Sequence record: OZ335962.1
Length of the DNA stretch: 64,000 bases
Source of the DNA: a phage
Direction: 5' to 3' (one strand)
A program made the position numbers and the translations under genes. A model generated the notes under the pieces. It saw only the letters and a program-made list of their open reading frames with translations, was not told where the DNA came from and ran no database searches. Position 1 is the first letter of the stretch, and each line of letters opens with the position of its first letter. This document shows, piece after piece, positions 49,210 through 59,437 of the stretch.

Positions 49210-49425
49210 TTAAGCCTTTTTATCAAGAACAGCATTCAGCTTGTTAGTAATTTTATCCAGGCGCTCATTGAACTCGCTAGAAGATAGACCTTTTTCTGGA
49301 GAAATCAAACTAATTACGAAAAATATAACAATAAAAGGAATAAGGAAAATAGCTCCAACTGCCATAAACAGAAAGAATGTTACAGTTGTAAGAAAATCAG
49401 CTAAACCTTTACGAAATTTATACAT
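49210..49425 (-). CDS. Hypothetical membrane protein, 71 aa
   Basis: ORF with ATG; one TM segment. Confidence 0.5.
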   Translation of the reverse strand: MYKFRKGLADFLTTVTFFLFMAVGAIFLIPFIVIFFVISLISPEKGLSSSEFNERLDKITNKLNAVLDKKA

Positions 49426-49540
49426 ATTTTACCCTTAATTGATTAACCAAGCATTGATAAGCACTAAACTATATTGCGAATAAAATTCTGGACCAAAATG
49501 AAAAATCATATCATTTATAGTGTCCATAATATAATTCAAT

Positions 49541-50011
49541 TTAATCATGTTTCCACACCCCATCGGTATTTGACCAAAGTCGCTGATTATCTGATCCTCG
49601 CCACAGCTTTTTGGTCGGAAGATTTTTCTCATACTTCCCATCAATAATAACATCAACATATTTAAGCATTTCTAGTTGTTTAATATCTTCAAACTTATAT
49701 CCTGTCCACAACCAAATGCTTTTATTGGGATAAAGATTTTTTACTGTTTGAACAATGCAATGAATAACATCTCGGTTATCAGGATAAAGAGGGTCACCTC
49801 CAGTTATAGTTAATCCTTCTATATAATCATTATTCAAACATTCAATTAATTGTTCTAGTGTTTCACCAGTGAATGGAACGCCATTTCTAGCATTCCATGT
49901 TGATTTATTATAACACCCTTCGCATTTATGCAAACAACCTGTAACGAAAAGAACGACCCTGCATCCAGGGCCATTCACAAAATCGCAGGGATAAAATCTA
50001 TCGTAATTCAT
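49541..50011 (-). CDS. nrdG: Anaerobic ribonucleotide reductase activase NrdG (radical SAM)
   Basis: 156 aa; Cys cluster CLHKCEGC; ATGA coupling with nrdD. Confidence 0.9.
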   Translation of the reverse strand: MNYDRFYPCDFVNGPGCRVVLFVTGCLHKCEGCYNKSTWNARNGVPFTGETLEQLIECLNNDYIEGLTITGGDPLYPDNRDVIHCIVQTVKNLYPNKSIWLWTGYKFEDIKQLEMLKYVDVIIDGKYEKNLPTKKLWRGSDNQRLWSNTDGVWKHD

Positions 50012-51825
50012 TGGTGTTTAACCCTATGCATGATTTCTTTATTTTTGCCGAGATTAAATCCGCGTTCGTTCGGATTTCCCAAATAACCACAAGTTCTTCT
50101 TATTGTGTTCATCTTTTTAGGATCAGTTTCTCCACAAATAGAACAAACAAATCCGTTTTCAGTAGGAGTCATTTCATGTGTACTTCCACACGTAAAACAT
50201 TTATCTACTGGCATATTAACACCAAAATAATCTAAATGTTGTGCAGCATAATCCCATACAGCCTCAAGACCTTTTAGGTTATTTTTCATATCAGGAAGTT
50301 CAACATAAGAAATGTGACCACCTGTCGCAATGAAATGATATGGTGCTTCTCGAGAAATCTTTTCAAACGGAGTAATATTTTCTTCTACTGAAACGTGGAA
50401 ACTATTAGTGTACCATCCTTTATCAGTAACATCTTTTACACTTCCATATTTCTCAGTATCAAGTTTACAGAAGCGATAGCACAGATTTTCAGCAGGTGTA
50501 GAATACAAACTAAAAGCAAAACCGGTTCTTTCAGTCCACTGTTTAAGACGAGCATTCATTTTAGTTAAAATTTCCTGTCCAATATCACGACCGACAAGAA
50601 TATTCAATTCGTGAATACCAATGTATCCTAAGGACACTGAACTTCTACCGTTTTTAAATAACTCAATTATGTCGTCATCAGGTTTAAGACGAACCCCGAA
50701 TGCACCTTCTTGGTAAAGAATAGGAGCAACAATCGCTTTAACTCCTTTTAAGGAACTAATTCTACACATCAAAGCTTCAAAACACAAATCCATTCGTTCA
50801 TTGAACAATTCGGCAAATTTCTGTTCATTGAATTGTGTTCCAATATAAGAATCTAACGCAATACGAGGAAGATTCAGTGTTACAACACCAAGATTATTAC
50901 GTCCATCAAGAATTTCATTACCAGTCGAATCTTTCCATACGCTTAAGAAACTACGGCAACCCATTGGAGAAACAGGAATAGATGAACCGGTGATAGCTTT
51001 ATTGTTCTTAGCTGAAATAATATCAGGATACATTCTTTTGCTTGCACACTCTAAAGCAAGCTGCTTAATATCATAGTTCGGATCATCTTTATAAAGATTA
51101 ACACCTTCTTCAACGAACATAACAAGTTTAGGGAAAATAGGAGTTATCCCATCGCGACCAAGGCCTTTAATACGATTTTTCAGAATTGCTTTCTGAATCA
51201 TTCGTTCAGTCCAGTCAGTTCCAGTACCAAATGTAATTGTTACAAAAGGCGTTTGTCCGTTTGAACTAAAGAGAGTATTTACTTCATATTCATAAGCTTG
51301 GAATGCATCGTATACGTCTTTTTCTGTTTTAGATTGGGCGTAATTCAACGCATCAGCGATTTGCCATTTTTCTGCATCCTCAATATGTTTTGCATAGGTG
51401 CGTTTAACATAAGGAGAAAGTACTTTATCTACATTCGCAAAAGTCGTTCCACCATATTGATGAGAAGCAACCTGCGCAGTAATTTGTGCCATAATTGCAG
51501 TAGCAACGCCGATTGATTTAGGAGTTTCAATCTGCGCATTACCGAGCTTAAATCCATTCTCAAGCATTCCTTTTAAATCTACTAAACAGCAATTAGTAAA
51601 TGGAAGAGCAGGTGAATAATCAATATCATGGAAATGAATAATTCCGCTTTCATGCGCTTTCATAATAAAAGACGGGACCATATTTTTGGCAATGTGTTTA
51701 GACACAATACCAGCCATAAGGTCCCGTTGAGTTGGAAAAACACGAGAATCTTTATTAGCATTCTCGTTTAAAAGGTCTTTATTAGTTTTATGAATCAATC
51801 CTTCAATTTCTTTTTCAATTGTCAT
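50008..51825 (-). CDS. nrdD: Anaerobic ribonucleotide reductase NrdD, intronless
   Basis: 605 aa contiguous ORF; C-terminal glycyl-radical region and Cys-rich tail. Confidence 0.95.
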   Translation of the reverse strand: MTIEKEIEGLIHKTNKDLLNENANKDSRVFPTQRDLMAGIVSKHIAKNMVPSFIMKAHESGIIHFHDIDYSPALPFTNCCLVDLKGMLENGFKLGNAQIETPKSIGVATAIMAQITAQVASHQYGGTTFANVDKVLSPYVKRTYAKHIEDAEKWQIADALNYAQSKTEKDVYDAFQAYEYEVNTLFSSNGQTPFVTITFGTGTDWTERMIQKAILKNRIKGLGRDGITPIFPKLVMFVEEGVNLYKDDPNYDIKQLALECASKRMYPDIISAKNNKAITGSSIPVSPMGCRSFLSVWKDSTGNEILDGRNNLGVVTLNLPRIALDSYIGTQFNEQKFAELFNERMDLCFEALMCRISSLKGVKAIVAPILYQEGAFGVRLKPDDDIIELFKNGRSSVSLGYIGIHELNILVGRDIGQEILTKMNARLKQWTERTGFAFSLYSTPAENLCYRFCKLDTEKYGSVKDVTDKGWYTNSFHVSVEENITPFEKISREAPYHFIATGGHISYVELPDMKNNLKGLEAVWDYAAQHLDYFGVNMPVDKCFTCGSTHEMTPTENGFVCSICGETDPKKMNTIRRTCGYLGNPNERGFNLGKNKEIMHRVKHQ

Positions 51826-52295
51826 TTTAAACTCTTTCTAAGCTGCTTCTTAAATGAAGCTATTAATTGTGTTTTAGTGTCAGATTCATTATATTCAAAT
51901 CCTCTTTGAAGCATCTCAGCCATCATTTCCTCTTTTCCTAAACGAGAAAATTCCTTTGATTTATCTCCAACGAAGTTAGGGTGAATATTATTTTGGGTGT
52001 AATCGGATTTTAAATAAGTAAGTAAATTTTCTAACCATTCAAGATAATCAACGCCTTGTCCCTTTAAGCCAGAACGATTAAATTTGTGCTTCATTTGACC
52101 TTCCGCTGCATTGCAAAGATTACAGAGCAATCCACGTACCTTTCCTGCTTTTGGTCCATTTAATTCATGGTCATGGTCAAGGTGATTAGCTTGAACATCA
52201 GGATTTAGTTCTCGTTGGCAAATTAAGCATTTACCGTTTTGTGCGTTATAAAATTTTTGTTTTTCTTCTTTATATAATTTGCCAGTCAATAACAT
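51822..52295 (-). CDS. 49: Endonuclease VII gp49 (Holliday junction resolvase)
   Basis: 157 aa; zinc-binding Cys cluster (CLIC...CNLCN); matches T4 endo VII. Confidence 0.9.
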   Translation of the reverse strand: MLLTGKLYKEEKQKFYNAQNGKCLICQRELNPDVQANHLDHDHELNGPKAGKVRGLLCNLCNAAEGQMKHKFNRSGLKGQGVDYLEWLENLLTYLKSDYTQNNIHPNFVGDKSKEFSRLGKEEMMAEMLQRGFEYNESDTKTQLIASFKKQLRKSLK

Positions 52296-52336
52296 AATAA
52301 ACCCTTACCTTAAATAGATAAGGGTATTTATTATTT

Positions 52337-52513
52337 TCAAGTATTGTAAAACATTCGATGCAATCGCTTATATTGTCGAATCATCTTTTTAGTAGGACGA
52401 GAATAAGTTCCTACACAAGTGGTCATATTAGGGTCTGTAGAATTTCCTTTAATAAAAAGTTTCCAGACTTTACCACCATTTAGCTTTTCAGTATAAATCA
52501 ATTCAGTTTTCAT
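52337..52513 (-). CDS. Hypothetical protein, 58 aa
   Basis: Hand translation MKTELIYTEKLNGGKVWKLFIKGNSTDPNMTTCVGTYSRPTKKMIRQYKRLHRMFYNT; TAATG coupling. Confidence 0.4.
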   Translation of the reverse strand: MKTELIYTEKLNGGKVWKLFIKGNSTDPNMTTCVGTYSRPTKKMIRQYKRLHRMFYNT

Positions 52514-52959
52514 TAGAATGGCCTATCAGAAAAAGAAATTTGAGTTTCAAGCCATTCAATATATTCTGCCGCAGCTTGCATCAAATTTCCTTCATAACCA
52601 TCGTTATTTTCTTGTGCAGCTAATTTAGCTAATGCGTATGAAATGCGTTCACCTTGAAAAGCGGCTTTAGGTTTATGAATAACTTGATCAACTCGTTCTA
52701 CAACTTCTTCAATTTCGCCATTTTCTGCTGATTCAGTATTCCACAAGCACCAATATGTAATTGGCTTATCATAGATGTTAATAATCTTTCCATCAGAAAG
52801 TTCAATTTCAATAATTCCAGTATCAGGTTCTATGTCATCTTCACATTCTTTTACAAGTTCACGAACTTTAAAGACAGTACCTGCACTAAGTTCCGGCCAG
52901 TAATTACACAGCCCTTTATCAGCACGATTAATTCTAAACCACTTATCTACTGCAATCAT
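52513..52959 (-). CDS. Hypothetical protein, 148 aa
   Basis: Start at ATG 52959 with SD GGAGATGGGA (track start TTG). Confidence 0.5.
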   Translation of the reverse strand: MIAVDKWFRINRADKGLCNYWPELSAGTVFKVRELVKECEDDIEPDTGIIEIELSDGKIINIYDKPITYWCLWNTESAENGEIEEVVERVDQVIHKPKAAFQGERISYALAKLAAQENNDGYEGNLMQAAAEYIEWLETQISFSDRPF

Positions 52960-53082
52960 GTCCCATCTCCATATCAATTAAGTCGTTTATCGTCGGTTCA
53001 TTATATACTGTTTCTTCATCAGTGTAAACCGGTTCTTCCGGCTCTGGCTCTACAGTTTCCCATCTAGCCGCCCACCAAGGTT

Positions 53083-53430
53083 TTATAGCGTAATCCATTC
53101 TCGTACTGTCTGAGTTACTACACGTTCACGGGGCTCGACTAGTTCAACAGTCGGAACTGCATAATACCAGTCAGAATGATAAGAACCTGAGCGAGATTCA
53201 TTTACAGACACATGAACGTTATGTTTTGGACTAAAATAAATGCACTGCCGGTATTGACATTTGCCGTCTTGTACCCAATCTTCTATTTCGATAGGTTTAA
53301 GATAATCTGAAAAATCGAAATCATAATTTTCTGAAAATGCATCATGGTCTTCAATGATTTCACCCAGAACTGCATCAACATCGTAAATCATATTTACCCC
53401 AGTTTGACCATACAATCGCCATATTTCCAT
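53083..53430 (-). CDS. Hypothetical protein, 115 aa
   Basis: ORF with ATG; start uncertain. Confidence 0.45.
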   Translation of the reverse strand: MEIWRLYGQTGVNMIYDVDAVLGEIIEDHDAFSENYDFDFSDYLKPIEIEDWVQDGKCQYRQCIYFSPKHNVHVSVNESRSGSYHSDWYYAVPTVELVEPRERVVTQTVREWITL

Positions 53431-53609
53431 TTAGAAATAGACTTTTCACCATTAAAATAATAAACTTCGAGTTTAGCACGATTATTTTTAATTTGAATAA
53501 CCTTGGCTGTCATCAAAGTTCCATACCCATAATAAACTGCAACCTCATCACCTACATATACCGCGCTTCCGCGGTAGTCATGGATATAATCAGTTCCTTC
53601 GAGCATCAT
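53394..53609 (-). CDS. Hypothetical protein, 71 aa
   Basis: ORF with ATG; ATGA coupling with nrdC stop. Confidence 0.5.
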   Translation of the reverse strand: MMLEGTDYIHDYRGSAVYVGDEVAVYYGYGTLMTAKVIQIKNNRAKLEVYYFNGEKSISKWKYGDCMVKLG

Positions 53610-53869
53610 TTAAAATATTCCCGCAATTGGTCAAATCCACCAATATAACTTCCATCAGGAGCAAATACTTGTGGCATCGTCAAACCAATTTGAGTATCAC
53701 GACCTAGTTTCGTCAGAAGCTCAGCGATTTTCTCATCATCAAAAACACCTTTTTCTGGCATAATGTTGATAAATTCAAACGGCTGTTTCTTCACAGCCAA
53801 AAGACGTTTTGCATTATCGCAATACACACATTTATGGATACTGCTATCATAACCATATACTTTAAACAT
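53606..53869 (-). CDS. nrdC: Thioredoxin/glutaredoxin NrdC
   Basis: 87 aa; MFKVYGYDSSIHKCVYCDNAKRLL... matches T4 NrdC; CVYC active site. Confidence 0.9.
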   Translation of the reverse strand: MFKVYGYDSSIHKCVYCDNAKRLLAVKKQPFEFINIMPEKGVFDDEKIAELLTKLGRDTQIGLTMPQVFAPDGSYIGGFDQLREYFK

Positions 53870-53870
53870 A

Positions 53871-54113
53871 TTATTCCTTAATTCCTAGTACTTGTTTAAA
53901 AGTCTCGTCGTAATCAAGACTTTGGCCCGTTTGTTCTTTATGTTTGTATATAATATCACTTATTTCTGATAGCATATTTTTATATGAACGAGTTAAAGCA
54001 GATTTAAGCACGCTGTATCTATCAGGAAATTTACCGTGTTCATTATAATACGCTATTGCTAATTCACGGACTGCCTTTTCAGCAATCTCCATATATTCTT
54101 TACGCTTGGTCAT
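53871..54113 (-). CDS. Hypothetical protein, 80 aa
   Basis: ATG at 54113 (track start TTG). Confidence 0.45.
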   Translation of the reverse strand: MTKRKEYMEIAEKAVRELAIAYYNEHGKFPDRYSVLKSALTRSYKNMLSEISDIIYKHKEQTGQSLDYDETFKQVLGIKE

Positions 54114-54417
54114 TTTCTTCTCGGTCAAATCGGTGTTTGCAATGACGGCATTTATAACGAAGATTACTAGTCTGCCAATGAACTAATTGTACCTGTTCAG
54201 TACCGCATTCAGGACAATTAGGAACGTTTTTAGAAGCCCTTTCGCGACGTTCAACCATAGCCATAATGGCATCCCAAGCTGGAGGTTTAAAATCTAAATC
54301 GTCACAACCATGAATCTTTCCACGCATTTCCAGATCGTCTTCTTCACCAGCCATAATAATTTTAATTAGACTGGAATTACTTGAAGCTGCAATATCTTCT
54401 AATAGACGCTTTTTCAT
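54100..54417 (-). CDS. Zinc-ribbon protein, 105 aa
   Basis: CPECG...CRHCKH four-Cys motif. Confidence 0.5.
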   Translation of the reverse strand: MKKRLLEDIAASSNSSLIKIIMAGEEDDLEMRGKIHGCDDLDFKPPAWDAIMAMVERRERASKNVPNCPECGTEQVQLVHWQTSNLRYKCRHCKHRFDREENDQA

Positions 54418-55343
54418 TTCAGCACCTCAATAGCATTACGTAAACCATTTGCTTTTGCATTAAGAGCTTTTAACAATTTGGTGTGTTCGGCAATCTGGGC
54501 TTCAACTTCAATCAAACGAGCATTGAGATATTCACGTTCTTCGCTCAAGTTATCAATCTTTTCTACTTTAGGCTCTTTTACAACTGTCTTATATGTATTA
54601 GGGTTCTTCAGTTTAATTAGAATGCGTGAACTGTATAACATTGAACCATTATCTTCGGTTTCGTCATACATTTCTACTACGTCCATGATTTTTAACATCA
54701 TGCGAAGTTTATAAGACAACGAACGAATAGTTTTGTTGTGCTTATTAATTTCTTTAGAGTTCATGGTGCCGAGATTACGTGAGTAATAATAAGGAACCTG
54801 GATATTAATTAATACTGATGAACCACCTGGCTTGTGTGTTACTTCATCAGCAATAACCCAGTCCTTAACATGAACTGTATTTGTACGGTCATCACCCGCG
54901 GTAAACAGTTTGCGAGCATGCTTAAAAAGCATATTCACTTGGGTATTGAATTGACAAGCAAATTTATCAGCAAATTTAGTTTCAGGAATGGTAGATAGCC
55001 AATCAGCTAAATGGGTCTTTTTAACATCGTTAACAATAGTAAATTCAACCAAATCGGTTATAGATGTCGCAGATTTAATGAAGCTCGGCTTCATAAAGTT
55101 TTTAATGTTATCACGAGCTACAGTAGAAGATAACATACGAGAACGTTTAAACCATTCAAGCAAATTGCCTAATGAATGAGAATAGGCGTTCTGAGTATCT
55201 TTACAGATATGATTTTCCTGGCCAACATATTGAAGGAAATCACGAAGAATATTATTGATTACTGCTCTGTGTCCGATCTGATAATTACGATGTTTAGTAA
55301 TAAGACTGTCAAAATAATCAATATAATGTTTACGAGTTTTCAT
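54414..55343 (-). CDS. Coiled-coil protein P1, 309 aa (tandem family)
   Basis: ORF with ATG; C-terminal heptad-rich segment. Confidence 0.6.
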   Translation of the reverse strand: MKTRKHYIDYFDSLITKHRNYQIGHRAVINNILRDFLQYVGQENHICKDTQNAYSHSLGNLLEWFKRSRMLSSTVARDNIKNFMKPSFIKSATSITDLVEFTIVNDVKKTHLADWLSTIPETKFADKFACQFNTQVNMLFKHARKLFTAGDDRTNTVHVKDWVIADEVTHKPGGSSVLINIQVPYYYSRNLGTMNSKEINKHNKTIRSLSYKLRMMLKIMDVVEMYDETEDNGSMLYSSRILIKLKNPNTYKTVVKEPKVEKIDNLSEEREYLNARLIEVEAQIAEHTKLLKALNAKANGLRNAIEVLK

Positions 55344-55395
55344 GTTCTTCTCACTTGGTTAATGATTTATGCTCCGAGCCATCCTTGGCTTTAAA

Positions 55396-56397
55396 TTACT
55401 TAATTAATTGTAAAGCTTGTTCAAGACGATCTAGGCGATTAACAGATTCTTCCCAAATCCTTTTAGCCTGCTCATAATCTTTCTGCGCTTTATTAGAAAT
55501 TTCTAGAACTTCTTTATAAGCTTTTTCTAGTGCAATAACTTCTGGACGAATTTCTACCGGTTCAGGTGAATCGTCAAGACATTCCATTAGTTCCTCAAGG
55601 GTAGTTTCTTCTTTAGGAGTATTCACAATTTCATCACATTTTTGTTGGTAAATTTCTTTATCAGTCGGTGAGTACGCACACTTTACTTCACGGAGACTAA
55701 CTACAATTTTATATCCTTCCCAACCGCATATATTCTTAAAAGGATAAGTATGAATATTTTCTACTGTTTCCATACAAAGTAATGCGGTCTCTAACTGACG
55801 AGTTATATCGCTAGCAATTGAGAAAAATTTATTAATGTTCTTTTGATTAGCTTCTGGTGTAAAAAATTCATAATTCACAAAAATAGCTGCTTTATTTTTA
55901 TCAAGCTCATATTCTTTTATGATAATCATATCAGAAGCCCAAGGATGGATTTGACGATAATCACCATAGCATAATTTAGAAGCTGATTTTAGAAGTTGCT
56001 TCTTGAAAAGTCTGAAATTACTAATCCAACGACGAGTAAAAATATTCTCAGGGTCTTCTTTATTATTAAGATGATAAGAATTAACATCACCGAACCAATT
56101 ATATCCTACTACATCTTTAGTTCGTTTAATTTCTTTCCCAAATTTACTAAGAATATCTCTGTTGACTAAGTATGAAAGAAGACGAGAACCTTTAAAGGTT
56201 TCCTTAATATCATCTTTATATTCGCAACTAGAAATTTTATGAACTTCATGAATAAATTTGTCGGAAGAAACAATACTTGCATCAGTATTGTTGAGCCACT
56301 GATTGATAATAGAAAGAACACTATTCTGACTAGACATAGATTTAACTTTATCATCAATAACGCTATTGAATGATTTGATATATTCGTTACGAGTCAT
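55396..56397 (-). CDS. Coiled-coil protein P2, 333 aa (tandem family)
   Basis: Start at ATG 56397 with SD GAGGAG, downstream of promoter; C-terminal coiled coil. Confidence 0.6.
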   Translation of the reverse strand: MTRNEYIKSFNSVIDDKVKSMSSQNSVLSIINQWLNNTDASIVSSDKFIHEVHKISSCEYKDDIKETFKGSRLLSYLVNRDILSKFGKEIKRTKDVVGYNWFGDVNSYHLNNKEDPENIFTRRWISNFRLFKKQLLKSASKLCYGDYRQIHPWASDMIIIKEYELDKNKAAIFVNYEFFTPEANQKNINKFFSIASDITRQLETALLCMETVENIHTYPFKNICGWEGYKIVVSLREVKCAYSPTDKEIYQQKCDEIVNTPKEETTLEELMECLDDSPEPVEIRPEVIALEKAYKEVLEISNKAQKDYEQAKRIWEESVNRLDRLEQALQLIK

Positions 56398-56420
56398 ATT
56401 AATCTCCTCAGTAGAAAGTA

Positions 56421-56455
56421 AGAACATTATACCACATCCTTGTGGCGAAGTAAAC
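56421..56455 (-). promoter_or_regulatory. T4-type early promoter (GTTTAC / 18 / TATAAT)
   Basis: Minus read GTTTACTTCGCCACAAGGATGTGGTATAAT. Confidence 0.65.
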
Positions 56456-57480
56456 TAGTTTAGTGCATTTAGTGCATTGTTCAGTTTAGAACGTTGCTTC
56501 GTGAGATTTTTGACTTTTTCTTGAGCTTTTTCTAGTATCTTTTCAGCTTCTAACACTTCATTAGTTGCTTTAATGAGTTCATCATCTACTGCCTTGATAG
56601 ACTTCTCAATCGCATCTGCATGCCATTTTTCAACAGGTTTAAGACTCGGATTTTCAACAGGAAGAAAATTCGCTTTATTGAATTTCCATGCATCCTTATT
56701 ACCTGAACTATACATCCAAAATTTAGGATCGTTTGATGAGTAATTGGATAAATTTAAGTTATAGTTATCTTGTACTTCCTGCTTTTTCTCTTGCGGGATT
56801 TCGTCCTTTCTCAAAAAATCATATTTAAATGAAACGATCATATCAAGTTCATACGTTGTTGTATGTTCCCAATTTCGCTCAAAATGAGGTAAAATCTTAG
56901 ACTGAACCGCGGCAACTACATCCATATACTTAAATGCTTCTGTCAACTGTGATTTAAGGCATTCACAAATTGAAAGAGAATTTTTTGTATTAGGTTTAAA
57001 GCTAATTCGTGCAGTTCTGTTATTTTCTTTTAATGGTCTTACTTCCATCTGAAGAGTATAACCATCAAATTTCAGATTCTTTAAGTTAATATCAGAACCT
57101 TTTAATCGACTCGCAATTGATAAAATTTGTTTTAATTGTTTACGGAATAGAGCAATAAATCTCCATTCAATACGATAATGATTTGGATTGAAAAATCCAG
57201 ATGATAAATCGACCTTACTTTGACCAACGCCTTGAACAAATAGAGGATTTTTATAATCAATAGTTTTACAGAAATCGGTGAGCTGCTCACGAGCAGTCAT
57301 TTGTGTAATATACCCCGCTTTACTAAAATGACGTAACCATTCACTGCTATTCATATATTTAAAGTGAATATCACTATTAACTTTATCAGGGTCTAAATTA
57401 TTTTGACACAAAAATGTCATAACATCACGAGTATAGCTGGCATTACGAACCATATCTTCAATTTGAGAACGAGTTTTCAT
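56455..57480 (-). CDS. Coiled-coil protein P3, 341 aa (tandem family)
   Basis: ORF with ATG; C-terminal coiled coil. Confidence 0.6.
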   Translation of the reverse strand: MKTRSQIEDMVRNASYTRDVMTFLCQNNLDPDKVNSDIHFKYMNSSEWLRHFSKAGYITQMTAREQLTDFCKTIDYKNPLFVQGVGQSKVDLSSGFFNPNHYRIEWRFIALFRKQLKQILSIASRLKGSDINLKNLKFDGYTLQMEVRPLKENNRTARISFKPNTKNSLSICECLKSQLTEAFKYMDVVAAVQSKILPHFERNWEHTTTYELDMIVSFKYDFLRKDEIPQEKKQEVQDNYNLNLSNYSSNDPKFWMYSSGNKDAWKFNKANFLPVENPSLKPVEKWHADAIEKSIKAVDDELIKATNEVLEAEKILEKAQEKVKNLTKQRSKLNNALNALN

Positions 57481-57488
57481 GGTGTTCC

Positions 57489-58379
57489 TTAAGATTTAAG
57501 TAAATCAACAATTTTAATTAACTTTTCACGCTCAGATTTAGCTTTACTACTCAGTCCAGATAGTCTGAAAATTTCATCATCATATTGTTGAATGGAAATA
57601 TTCAGCTCTTCAATCTGTTTATTAAAATAATCAATTTGTTCAGAATGTTTTTCGTTACTACGAACTGGTACAGGTTTCGTAGGCAATGTAGTTGAACTGG
57701 ATTCATCCGGGCGATAAATTAAAATACAACTTGAACCAATAGGGCATTTTGCACCAGATGAATATTCTAATGTTCCAGCTTCTTTTAAAACTTCAAAAGC
57801 TAAACAGAGATGATGCCCCATATTAACATAATCTGTGGAGCGAGCTCTGATGTAATAATCATCGCCACGAATACTAAATTTAAAGCATTTAAGGTCTTCC
57901 GTATTATTGGTCTTAAAAATCATTTGTTTATCTAGACCTTTAGCTAATCGAGCGCCTAATGCTAATAATCGTCGTTGATTTTCCCACAAATCCACAATCA
58001 TTTGATCGAATGATAATTTCGGCATTAGTCGACCATAAAGGTCATATCCTTTATTATAATTACGAAGGATTTCACTCGCGTTAATACGAGACAATGCTCC
58101 AATTTTATTAAGAGCTTTCATAATGCGATTAGATAAACTCATTCCAGACCCATTTGTTCGCTGTAAATGTTTTTCTAATCCAAATCCAATATCAACTTTA
58201 AACTTATCTAAAATTTCTGCATGAACATCTCTGTCGATAACATTCAAATCCAAAGTTGGGTTAAATCTATGAAAAAATTTATCTGGCTCTGCACTGCGAA
58301 ATACAGTCCATTCATTCATCATTTTTTTATTAACTAAAGATTTAATTACTGCATTGACATTATTAATTACTACTGACAT
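57489..58379 (-). CDS. Coiled-coil protein P4, 296 aa (tandem family)
   Basis: Start at ATG 58379 with SD GAGGAAAAT (track start TTG). Confidence 0.6.
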   Translation of the reverse strand: MSVVINNVNAVIKSLVNKKMMNEWTVFRSAEPDKFFHRFNPTLDLNVIDRDVHAEILDKFKVDIGFGLEKHLQRTNGSGMSLSNRIMKALNKIGALSRINASEILRNYNKGYDLYGRLMPKLSFDQMIVDLWENQRRLLALGARLAKGLDKQMIFKTNNTEDLKCFKFSIRGDDYYIRARSTDYVNMGHHLCLAFEVLKEAGTLEYSSGAKCPIGSSCILIYRPDESSSTTLPTKPVPVRSNEKHSEQIDYFNKQIEELNISIQQYDDEIFRLSGLSSKAKSEREKLIKIVDLLKS

Positions 58380-58386
58380 ATTTTCC

Positions 58387-58794
58387 TCACTCAATTTCAA
58401 TTTTACTAAATATACAGAATAAGATGGAACAGACTATATAAGCACCACACACAGATTGAACTAATACCATTCCAAAGAACCAAACAATATTATCAAACAA
58501 TGTCTGTTTTACGTCGAAAGGACGTAAACTTACAGTAATATTATCACCTTTTTCTATTGAAGAATACATCTCTGGGGAAATATATTCACTAAATCTATAA
58601 CCGTCTTTGAGTTCATATACGGCAATAAACGATAAACTAGACCCTTTTCCTTGCGTTCCTGTAATGGTATTAACTACAGTAACATCATAATCTTTATAAT
58701 GCATATAATCATTAATTGCGTAATAACCATATGCAATTACTACACATAAACAACATATCAATAAATTCAATCTTTTAATTATCAACTGTTTCAT
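58387..58794 (-). CDS. Membrane protein, 135 aa (N- and C-terminal TM segments)
   Basis: ORF with ATG; hydrophobic termini. Confidence 0.55.
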   Translation of the reverse strand: MKQLIIKRLNLLICCLCVVIAYGYYAINDYMHYKDYDVTVVNTITGTQGKGSSLSFIAVYELKDGYRFSEYISPEMYSSIEKGDNITVSLRPFDVKQTLFDNIVWFFGMVLVQSVCGAYIVCSILFCIFSKIEIE

Positions 58795-58849
58795 AATAAT
58801 CTCAATTAAAAGGGCTTAGAACCATTATACCATCCTTGGTATAAAGCGG

Positions 58850-59377
58850 TTATGCGAGTACCGTCTTTAACCGTTCTTCAAACTTCCGAAGAGTATTTTG
58901 GCGTTCAGCTCTTTGCTTTTTGTAAGTTTCAATACGCTCTGAAATGAGAGTGTATCGTTCATTTACTGATTCTTTCATAAAATCAGGAATTTCACGAGAA
59001 GCTTTAATCTCGTCAAATTTATCAATAACAGCTTGCTCTTCAGCAATTAAGTTATCATACATTAAAATATCTTTCTTGATGAACTCAATATCTTCTTGAG
59101 TTACACGAGATAATTTAGATGCTTTATCCTTTTTGTACTGTTCGTTAGTATCACGAGACCAGTGTAATGTACGATTTTTATTCGTATTTTTGTAAATTTC
59201 TACAATACCGATCTCATCAATAATAACGATCCAATTCCAACGGGATTTGTAAATTTGTCCTCCATCAACAGTGATTTCACCTCCGATTGAGATGTCATTA
59301 AAGAACTTGCTTTGTGCCTCAGATTTAAATTTACCATCGTTGTAATTTACCAAGTTGAAAATATCTTTAGCGTTCAT
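58850..59377 (-). CDS. Hypothetical protein, 175 aa
   Basis: ORF with ATG and SD GGAGGAACAG; downstream of early promoter. Confidence 0.55.
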   Translation of the reverse strand: MNAKDIFNLVNYNDGKFKSEAQSKFFNDISIGGEITVDGGQIYKSRWNWIVIIDEIGIVEIYKNTNKNRTLHWSRDTNEQYKKDKASKLSRVTQEDIEFIKKDILMYDNLIAEEQAVIDKFDEIKASREIPDFMKESVNERYTLISERIETYKKQRAERQNTLRKFEERLKTVLA

Positions 59378-59397
59378 TTTCTGTTCCTCCGTAGTTG

Positions 59398-59435
59398 ATA
59401 GGGTAATAGTACCACAGAGGAACAGTCTTGTAAAC
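59398..59435 (-). promoter_or_regulatory. T4-type early promoter
   Basis: GTTTACAAGACTGTTCCTCTGTGGTACTAT (same cassette as 7317-7354). Confidence 0.6.
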
Positions 59436-59437
59436 CA

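Noticed and set aside
49435-49659. 74-aa ORF overlapping the 3-prime end of nrdG
   Set aside because: Most of it lies inside nrdG in another frame; only a possible 37-aa coupled remnant with no SD, not reported.
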